A DNA stretch of 64,000 nt from positions 808-64,807 of the IMG/VR virus record IMGVR_UViG_3300036761_002481, one strand, 5' to 3'. This document shows positions 57,004-64,000 of the stretch, piece by piece. The DNA is from a virus (taxonomy: Duplodnaviria > Caudoviricetes). The notes beneath the pieces were generated by a model that did no database searches, was not told the DNA's origin, and saw nothing but the letters and a program-made list of their open reading frames with translations. The position numbers and the translations under genes are program-made. Within the stretch, counting starts at the first letter, position 1; the number at the start of each line of letters is the position of its first letter.

Positions 57004-59056
57004 AAAGACGACTCGAGACGAGGCTCGCCAGGTCGCGCTCGACGCGACCGACCGGCTCGCGAAGGACGCTCGCGAGCTGCTGGACATGGAGCCGGCCGAG
57101 ATCGGCGTTCAGGTCTTCGGCGACGACCGCGTCAGGAGCATCACGTCGCGCCAAGCGCGCGCGCCGCAGAAGAAGAGCCGTCGACCGACGAGCCGACACG
57201 CGCTCGCGAAAGCGGTCGACTCGCAGCTCTCGCAGCCGGACGTCGACGAGGGAACGCTGCAGCTCGAAGCGGTGTTCAACGTCGATGACCTGCTCGCTCC
57301 GCCCTACAACCCGAAAATGCTGTGCGACCACTTCGCCAACAGCAACGCGTTGCGGCAGAACGTCGACGCGTACGCGACGAACATCGAGGGTTTCGGTCAT
57401 CACTTCGAGCCGACGTTCAAGCTCGATTCCGACGACGCGCGCGTGAAGGTGCGCGAGGCTATGTATCTCGATCGCTTGCTCGCCGAGAGCATCGGCGATC
57501 TCGCGGTCACGGAGCCGACCGACCAAGAGGTCGAGGACAAGATCGCCGAGCTACGCCGCGAGATGATGCTCGAGAAGGCGCGGCTCGACAGCTTCTTCAT
57601 GTTCTGCTGCTTCGACATTCCGTTCATCACGCTCCGGAAGCGGACGCGGATGGACATGGAGATCACCGGCAACGGCTACTGGGAGGTGATTCGAGCGGCG
57701 TCGGGCGCTCCGGCGAACTTCGTCCTGATGCCGTCGCACTCGGTCCGGATGGTGCGCAAGCAGACCGCTCCGGTCGTCGTCAACGAGCTGATCAAGCGCG
57801 GGCCGATCACGTTCACGCCGCACCCGGTGCAGCGCCGCTTCCGACGATTCGTGCAGAGCGTGGCCGGCGACAAACCGGTCTACTTCAAAGAGTTCGGCGA
57901 CCCGCGCGTGATGTCGTCGGCGAGCGGCCGCTACTACGCCGACGTCGAAGCACTGCTGAAGGAAGAGCCGCAGAGCACGACCGCGAACGAGGTTATTCAC
58001 TTCGTCGTGCACTCGCCGACGTCGAGCTACGGCGTACCGCGCTGGATCGGGAACCTGCTCTCGCTGCTCGGCAGCCGCTGCTCGGAGGAGGTGAACTTCA
58101 CCTACTTCGAGAACAAATCGATCCCGCCGCTGATCATCACGGTCTCCGGCGGACGGATGTCGGCTGACACCACGCAGAAGATCCGCTCGTTCATCGACAA
58201 CGACATCAAGGGGAAGCGGAACTTCCACAAGATCATGGTGCTCGAAGCCGAGGCCGGCGGAGCCGCCGCCGCGATGGGTCTCGAGAACGCCGGTCGATGC
58301 CGGATCGAGGTGAAGCCGCTGACCGAAGCGCACTTGAAGGACGCGCTTTTCCAGGAGTACGACAGCCGCAACATGGACAAGATCGGCATGTCGTTCCGGC
58401 TTCCGCGACTGCTGCGCGGCGACATCCGCGACTTCAACCGAGCGTCCGCGCAAGCGTCTCTCGAGTTCGCAGAGAGCCAGGTCTTCGGGCCGGAGCGTGA
58501 CGAGATCGACTACGTGTTCAACCGACTGATCCTGCCAGCGCTCAAGGTCCAGTATTTCGAGATGCACTCGCACGGCCCGCGCATCACGGATCCGACCGAG
58601 ATGGCGACCGTGATCGCGCAGCTGACGAACGTCGGCGCGCTCGTACCGTCCGACGCTCGAAGTCTCGCCGAGGAGCGCGTGTTCTACACGCAGCTGAAGA
58701 AGCTGATCGGTGACTGGCAGGACCAACCGATCCCGCTGACGTCGGTCGGCATCCCGCTCGACACGGAGACCGATCACAAGATCCCGAACCCGGGCGGCGA
58801 CGTCTCGTCGAGCGGTGCTGCGGCCGCGGTCGTTGCTGCTGCGAGAAAGCGCCTTACGGGCGAGGCGAAGAAGATGATCAAGCTCCGCGACCTGCTCTCC
58901 GACGCCGAGCTCGAAGAGGCTGTCACGGAGCTCCGGAAAGCGAAGAAGGCGGAGCGCGTGAAGACGGTCGAGTCGGACGAAGCTCCGGAGACGATCCGGC
59001 TAACGGCAGCCGAGATGAAGACGCGGTTCGGCATCGAGATCGAGCCCGCTGCGTGA
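56996..59056 (+). CDS. Phage portal protein
   Basis: TGNGYWEVIR, EVIHF..YGVPRW, YFEN..P, NRA. Confidence 0.92.
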   Translation: MSKKTTRDEARQVALDATDRLAKDARELLDMEPAEIGVQVFGDDRVRSITSRQARAPQKKSRRPTSRHALAKAVDSQLSQPDVDEGTLQLEAVFNVDDLLAPPYNPKMLCDHFANSNALRQNVDAYATNIEGFGHHFEPTFKLDSDDARVKVREAMYLDRLLAESIGDLAVTEPTDQEVEDKIAELRREMMLEKARLDSFFMFCCFDIPFITLRKRTRMDMEITGNGYWEVIRAASGAPANFVLMPSHSVRMVRKQTAPVVVNELIKRGPITFTPHPVQRRFRRFVQSVAGDKPVYFKEFGDPRVMSSASGRYYADVEALLKEEPQSTTANEVIHFVVHSPTSSYGVPRWIGNLLSLLGSRCSEEVNFTYFENKSIPPLIITVSGGRMSADTTQKIRSFIDNDIKGKRNFHKIMVLEAEAGGAAAAMGLENAGRCRIEVKPLTEAHLKDALFQEYDSRNMDKIGMSFRLPRLLRGDIRDFNRASAQASLEFAESQVFGPERDEIDYVFNRLILPALKVQYFEMHSHGPRITDPTEMATVIAQLTNVGALVPSDARSLAEERVFYTQLKKLIGDWQDQPIPLTSVGIPLDTETDHKIPNPGGDVSSSGAAAAVVAAARKRLTGEAKKMIKLRDLLSDAELEEAVTELRKAKKAERVKTVESDEAPETIRLTAAEMKTRFGIEIEPAA

Positions 59057-60105
59057 GCGACGACATCTACGAGCGCGGCATTCGCGCCGCAGAAGAGGCG
59101 GTCGAAACGTTGACTCGTCGATCGGTCGCGAAGTCGCTCGACCCGCTCAAGCCGAACGACTTCGTGATCATCCTCGACAGGCTCACGCGCCGGCTCGAGG
59201 GGGTAACGAAGAAGGACGAGGCCGCTGCGATGTCCGACGCGCTCGACGCGCTCGACGTTCGCTGGTCGTCGTTGGACTCGGAGGGCGTCGACAAGGTGAT
59301 CGGCGCAGCGAACCAGGTGCTCCGGAAACGAGTCGAGTCGATCCCGCAGAAGGTCGAAGCGGCTCTCACGATCGAGGGGCCGAAGCTCGCCGGCTCGACG
59401 CGCGCGTCGGCGAAGAAGACGTTCAACCTCGAGATCGGCAGCGCGCTCGAGCAGCGCGACATCCGCGTCGAGCGCGCGGTTCGATCGATGACGACGAACT
59501 TCGTGCGCGACGAGATGGGGCGCCGCGTCGACGCGATCTCCGAGAAGGCTCGGAACCTGGTCGCGCGCGGGCTCTCTCGCGGATACGGGTCGAAGCAGAT
59601 CGGCGAGACGCTTCAGATAGGGCTCGGCGATCAGGTCGTCCGGAGCCCCGCGTACTGGCGAACGATCGCTGGCAGCTTCGCAGGCACCGCTCGAACGGTC
59701 GTCCAGGTCGGAGCGTTCGAGGACGCCGGCATCGAGAGCTACATGTTTTCAGCAGTGCTCGACGAGGTCACGACCGCGGTCTGTCGGCACTATCACGGGA
59801 AGATTTTCTCGACCGAAGCTGCGAGCGCGCACATCGAGCGGCTCGCGAACCTGACCGATCCCGAAGAGGTCGTCGCCGCGAGCCCGTGGGTCCAGGAGGG
59901 CAAAGACAAGCAGGGCAACAGGTTCCTGTACGTCGCACAAGGTGACCGGAACGTCCGGATCGCGGACATCGTCCGGAGCGGAGTCGGCATAAGCGACGAT
60001 GTCGGAGAGTTCGCGAAACCGAAGTCGAACGCCGCGCTGACCCGCATGGGGATCATCTATCCACCGCTTCACGGCCACTGCCGCTCGTCGATCGTGCCGG
60101 TGTAA
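59053..60105 (+). CDS. Minor head protein (Mu gpF / SPP1 gp7 family)
   Basis: AVLDEVTTAVC..HG; PPLHGHCRS. Confidence 0.85.
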   Translation: MSDDIYERGIRAAEEAVETLTRRSVAKSLDPLKPNDFVIILDRLTRRLEGVTKKDEAAAMSDALDALDVRWSSLDSEGVDKVIGAANQVLRKRVESIPQKVEAALTIEGPKLAGSTRASAKKTFNLEIGSALEQRDIRVERAVRSMTTNFVRDEMGRRVDAISEKARNLVARGLSRGYGSKQIGETLQIGLGDQVVRSPAYWRTIAGSFAGTARTVVQVGAFEDAGIESYMFSAVLDEVTTAVCRHYHGKIFSTEAASAHIERLANLTDPEEVVAASPWVQEGKDKQGNRFLYVAQGDRNVRIADIVRSGVGISDDVGEFAKPKSNAALTRMGIIYPPLHGHCRSSIVPV

Positions 60106-60193
60106 GGGATCCGAGAGCGATCCCCCGCGCCGCAGAGGGATCCGTCCGGGATCCCTGTACCCGAGCCGGATCTCTCCGGCGTAAGGTGGAGCG

Positions 60194-60499
60194 ATGGCCG
60201 GCGAGATCCTCCAAGCCCTCACCGAGAATGGAACGTTCAACAAGCGCGAGTACCAAGCGCTGACGCTCGCGTTCTTCCGGACGATCGAGAAGTCCTACGT
60301 CGACGACAAGTCGCGCCCGACGCGAGCCGAGACGAAGCGTCGCTTCGAGATGCTCGAGAAGACGTTCCGCGTGCTGCGTTCCGACTATTCCTGGGGCATG
60401 CAGCGGATCCTCGACGAGCTACCGCGCTCGCTTCGTTGCCAGCTCGACGGCGCACCGTGGGAGCCGCCGAAGTCGACCGTCTGGGTACCGCCGACCTAG
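60194..60499 (+). CDS. Hypothetical protein
   Basis: GGTGGAG RBS. Confidence 0.6.
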   Translation: MAGEILQALTENGTFNKREYQALTLAFFRTIEKSYVDDKSRPTRAETKRRFEMLEKTFRVLRSDYSWGMQRILDELPRSLRCQLDGAPWEPPKSTVWVPPT

Positions 60500-60501
60500 C
60501 A

Positions 60502-60517
60502 GTCTCCCCGGGGAGAC
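60502..60517. repeat. 16-bp palindrome, copy 6
   Basis: Exact match; intergenic, just after a stop codon. Confidence 0.95.
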
Positions 60518-60605
60518 TCGTCGACCCCTGTCAGGGGTGGTGACGGCGTTCCTTGCGCGGTTCGATCGGGATGCTGTCTACTTTCGGGCTGGGAGGACCG
60601 ACCGA

Positions 60606-61373
60606 ATGAGCCTAGACGCGGAGACCCAGGAGCGGCTGCGAGTCGCGAAAGAAGATGCTGCGGCGCTCGCTGCCGACGGAGCTCCGACGGAGCGGAAGAT
60701 CACGGTGCGCGAGCTGCTGACCGAGCTCTCGAAAGCGGCCGGGATCCCAGCGACGGCGAAGGCGGTTCTCGAGAAAGTGCTCGGCGCCGAGTCCTTCGAG
60801 GACAAGACGACGTTCACGCTCAAGATCGAGATGTACACCGATCCGTGGCAGCTCAAGCCCACGTTGACCGAGGTTCCGATCGACGGTCTGCCGACGACGC
60901 CAGCGACGACGACGTTCTCGTCGAACACTGCCGTGCAGAAGCAGCTGACCGATCTCGTCGCGAAGATCGACAAGAGCGTCGCCGACATCACGAAGGCGAC
61001 CGAAGGCAAGAAGGACAAGCTCTCGATCGCGGTCCGTGCCGAGATCGCGAAGGCTGGTCCGGCGACCGCGAAGCTCGACCAGATCAAGGCGGTCCTGAAC
61101 CTGCCGGCGGACGTCGAGGACAACGACATTCGCTGGCGCGTCGGCGAGCTCGTCGGGATGCTCGCGCAGCATGCCGCGGTCGAGCGGATGTACGAGGGCG
61201 ACTCGGTCGCGAAGGGCGCGAACGCCGAGAAGATCGGGAAGAACGGCAAGCTCGGCAGCACCGTGCCGAAGCAGTCGTGCCCCTGGCCGACCAACCTCGC
61301 GACCGCCGATTTCGACGCGAAGTCGGGACAGTTCAAGCCGGGCGATCTCGCCTGGGGTCGCGACGGCAGCTGA
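60606..61373 (+). CDS. Hypothetical head-module protein
   Basis: GGAGGA RBS; position in the head module. Confidence 0.6.
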   Translation: MSLDAETQERLRVAKEDAAALAADGAPTERKITVRELLTELSKAAGIPATAKAVLEKVLGAESFEDKTTFTLKIEMYTDPWQLKPTLTEVPIDGLPTTPATTTFSSNTAVQKQLTDLVAKIDKSVADITKATEGKKDKLSIAVRAEIAKAGPATAKLDQIKAVLNLPADVEDNDIRWRVGELVGMLAQHAAVERMYEGDSVAKGANAEKIGKNGKLGSTVPKQSCPWPTNLATADFDAKSGQFKPGDLAWGRDGS

Positions 61374-61377
61374 GCCG

Positions 61378-62226
61378 ATGCCATCTACGCCGCCAGCTGA
61401 CGGTGCTCGCAGCACCGTCAACAAGCACGACGACGTAATCACGCTCGTCGCGTCGCGAGCGCTCGGAGACGTCGGTGCGAAGACCTGCGTTTTCGGGCGC
61501 GACTACTGGCTGGACAGTCCCGTCGAGCTGACCAAGCTCGACGGCGTCGTTCAGCGCGTGCACAAGGCGGTCGGCGGAACGAAAGCACCCGCATGGGTGG
61601 CCGAGGTGCCAGGCGCCGCAGCTCCGATCCTCGCGGCGCTTGAGAAGAACGATGCCGCTCCGGACCGGACCGTGTTCTGGTCGCCGCTTGCACCGAGCTC
61701 GCTCTTTGTCACGAGCGAGCCGGTCACGGAGAGCGACGACGTTCACGTTATTGCGAAGGGTGCGCGCGTCGGCGCCGAGCCGAAACCGCACGCGACGCCG
61801 GACACGAAGCTCGCGAAGGCGTTCCGCTCGGTGAAGCTCCACAAGACTGCCGAGGAGCGCTTCGTTCTCGGCGTCGTGCTCGAACCGAACGTCGTCGACA
61901 CGCAGGACGACTTCGAGTCGCCGGAGGACATCCGGAAAGCGGCTCACACGTTCATGGAACAGTTCGAACAACTCGGCATGCAGCACACCGAGATCGTCAC
62001 GGGAAAACTGAAGATTCTCGAGTCGTACATCGCTCCGGTCGACTTCCAGCTCGGCGACGATGCGACGACGAAGGTCACGAAGGGAACGTGGGTGATGGGC
62101 ATCCGCGTTGTCGACGACGATCTCTGGACCAAGGTCAAGAAGGGGAGCTTCACGGGCTTCTCCATCGGCGGCACCGCCTATCGAACAGAGGCGACGTTGC
62201 CGGAGGTCGGAGCTTCAACTCCTTGA
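61378..62226 (+). CDS. XkdF-like putative prohead protease
   Basis: EERFVLGVVLEP..DTQDD..H..ESYIAP..GTWV..GFSIGG. Confidence 0.85.
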   Translation: MPSTPPADGARSTVNKHDDVITLVASRALGDVGAKTCVFGRDYWLDSPVELTKLDGVVQRVHKAVGGTKAPAWVAEVPGAAAPILAALEKNDAAPDRTVFWSPLAPSSLFVTSEPVTESDDVHVIAKGARVGAEPKPHATPDTKLAKAFRSVKLHKTAEERFVLGVVLEPNVVDTQDDFESPEDIRKAAHTFMEQFEQLGMQHTEIVTGKLKILESYIAPVDFQLGDDATTKVTKGTWVMGIRVVDDDLWTKVKKGSFTGFSIGGTAYRTEATLPEVGASTP

Positions 62227-62284
62227 TGGATTGATCCGCGGTCAGGTACGTTGTGTTGCGAAACCTAATGAAGAGAGCTCCTCG

Positions 62285-63157
62285 ATGAGAGTCCGAGCGC
62301 GAGTCCTGAAGGCCGCCGAAGAAGCGAAAGCTACGGCGCCCAAGGTCAATCAGCTGACCGACATCACAGTCGAAGAGGTCTCGATCGTCGATCGCCCGGC
62401 GAACGCGCGGACGTTCTTGGTCATCAAGAGCGCTGCCGGAACAACGGCGGAACCGAAGACGAAGACGCCGGAGCCAGCACCGATGAAGATATCTCCCGAA
62501 GAGAAGGCGAAGCTCACGCAGAAAATGACGGCGATGAACGCCGCGATCGCTGCGATGAACACCGCGCTCGAAGGTGCCGAAGAGTCGGCAGGTGCGGCGC
62601 TCCCGGACGCGCTCGCGAAGACGCTCGCCGACATCGGCACGCTCGTCAGCGTGTCCGCTGCTCCGGTGACGCCCCCGACTCCGCCCGTTACTCCGCCGGT
62701 CACGCCGCCAGTGCCGAAAGCCGACGACGATGTCTCGAAGGCAGGTCGGAAGCTCTCGGGCGCGAACCAGAAGAAGCTCGAAACCGCGATGGCGGCTCTT
62801 ACCGATCTCTTCACGGACATCGGCGGAGTGAAAGACGAGACCGTTCCGGAGACCGCGGCGACCACGAAGACCGTGACGCCTCCGGCGCCGACGCCTCCGC
62901 CACCTGCGATCGACGCGACGACCGACGCCGCGATCAAGCAGCTGACCGAGACGGTTTCGCTGCTTACCAAGGCGGTCAAAACGCAAAAGACGCTGCTCGA
63001 TCAGGTCCGGAACGCGACGCCCGGAAGTCGCCAGCCGAACATCGAGAAGGCGGACGACGACGAGAAGCCGGAGCCCGAGGCGTTCTCGTGGTCGATGGAC
63101 ATGAACGCCCCGCATACGAAAGAAAACACGCCGGTCGAGAAGTCGTTCTTCGACTGA
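62285..63157 (+). CDS. Putative scaffold protein with an EVSIVDRPAN segment
   Basis: Protease-type C-terminal motif at its N-terminus; Pro-rich and coiled; directly upstream of the capsid gene. Confidence 0.65.
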   Translation: MRVRARVLKAAEEAKATAPKVNQLTDITVEEVSIVDRPANARTFLVIKSAAGTTAEPKTKTPEPAPMKISPEEKAKLTQKMTAMNAAIAAMNTALEGAEESAGAALPDALAKTLADIGTLVSVSAAPVTPPTPPVTPPVTPPVPKADDDVSKAGRKLSGANQKKLETAMAALTDLFTDIGGVKDETVPETAATTKTVTPPAPTPPPPAIDATTDAAIKQLTETVSLLTKAVKTQKTLLDQVRNATPGSRQPNIEKADDDEKPEPEAFSWSMDMNAPHTKENTPVEKSFFD

Positions 63158-63228
63158 CCACCGTTACGTAACCCCCACTGCCCCCGGCGGGGGCCGAGCA
63201 ACGTTTCGGGAACCGAGAGAGGAACAGC

Positions 63229-64000
63229 ATGGCCGACGGCGGAATCTATCTGGACAACAAGACGATCCTTCACAAGGCGGATCTCGCCCTGTCGACGCTT
63301 CAGTCGGACGGCGGCTATCTCTTGCCCGTTCAGAGCGCGAAGTTCATTCGCATCCTGATCGACGAGAGCAAGATCATGAAGCTCGCGACGGTCACGCCGA
63401 TGAAGGCGCCGAAGCAGCCGATCAACAAGATCCGCTTCGCGAGCCGCATCCTGCGACCTGGCCAAGAGGCGACGCAGCTGGCCGAGGCGGATCGAGCGAA
63501 GCCGGACCTGACGGCTCTCGAGCTCGACGCGAAGCTCTTCAAGGCCGAGGTGCATCTCTCGAACGAGGTGCTCGAGGACTCGATCGAGCGCGACGAGCTT
63601 CGTCAGACGATCATGCAGCTGATGGGCGAAGCGATCTCGCGCGACATGGACGAGATCATCGTTCAGGGCGACACGTCGAGCGGCGACGCGTACCTGGCGC
63701 AGTTCGACGGCCTGCTCAAGCAGGTCACCTCGAACATCGTCAACGCGGGCGGACAGAGCCCGAACAAGACGATCTGGCGCGACATGCTGAAGACGATGCC
63801 CAGCGCGTTCCTGCGGAACAAGCGGCTGATGCGTTACTTCACGTCGGTCGACGCCGAGATCATGTACCGCGATTCGATCTCGGATCGGCAGACGAACTCC
63901 GGCGACAACGCGCTCAACAGCGATGCACCGTGCGGCTACTCCGGCATTCCCGTCGTGGACGTGCCGCTCTTCCCCGAGAATCTCGGTCTCGGCGGCGACG
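63229..64000 (+). CDS. Major capsid protein (XkdG/HK97-like), 3'-truncated
   Basis: GAGAGGA RBS; MADGG..KAD..GGYLLPVQSAKFIR..LEDSIE..GD..DGLLK; open to the window end; absent from the ORF track. Confidence 0.9.
   Translation, partial: MADGGIYLDNKTILHKADLALSTLQSDGGYLLPVQSAKFIRILIDESKIMKLATVTPMKAPKQPINKIRFASRILRPGQEATQLAEADRAKPDLTALELDAKLFKAEVHLSNEVLEDSIERDELRQTIMQLMGEAISRDMDEIIVQGDTSSGDAYLAQFDGLLKQVTSNIVNAGGQSPNKTIWRDMLKTMPSAFLRNKRLMRYFTSVDAEIMYRDSISDRQTNSGDNALNSDAPCGYSGIPVVDVPLFPENLGLGGD

Noticed and set aside
670-60517. 16-bp palindromes as a CRISPR array or REP/IS ends
   Set aside because: Copies are up to tens of kb apart with no regular spacers; no cas or transposase gene is seen

Overview
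GC-rich 64-kb segment of a large tailed dsDNA phage (Caudoviricetes-like), probably temperate; no host housekeeping genes are seen. A Myxococcota-like host is only a guess, from the Uma2 gene, the codon style and the tRNA-Asp target. Layout: (1) ~1.7-22.4 kb replication/recombination operon (HAD nucleotidase, SF2 helicase, DnaB, primase, UvrD, sigma factor, family-B polymerase, SSB-like protein, RecA, SbcD/SbcC, RuvC-like, N6/N4 MTase); (2) ~24-26.4 kb terminase; (3) ~26.6-52.7 kb accessory genes, including a tRNA-Asp 3' fragment (attP-like), Xis/integrase, an atypical C5 MTase, MazG, ThyX and RadC; (4) 52.9-56.7 kb DNA-modification cluster; (5) 57-64 kb head genes (portal, gpF-like, XkdF-like, scaffold, truncated major capsid). 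Top candidate: ParB-like / C5-MTase-fold enzyme with motif X Asn->Arg and a duplicated N-terminal module / UDG / DUF1653 / CmoA-like carboxy-SAM synthase, which predicts carboxymethylation of DNA cytosine. Also notable: six exact copies of the 16-bp palindrome GTCTCCCCGGGGAGAC and a repeated GTATC-N10-GATAC promoter/operator. All family calls come from motifs recognised by eye, not from database searches.
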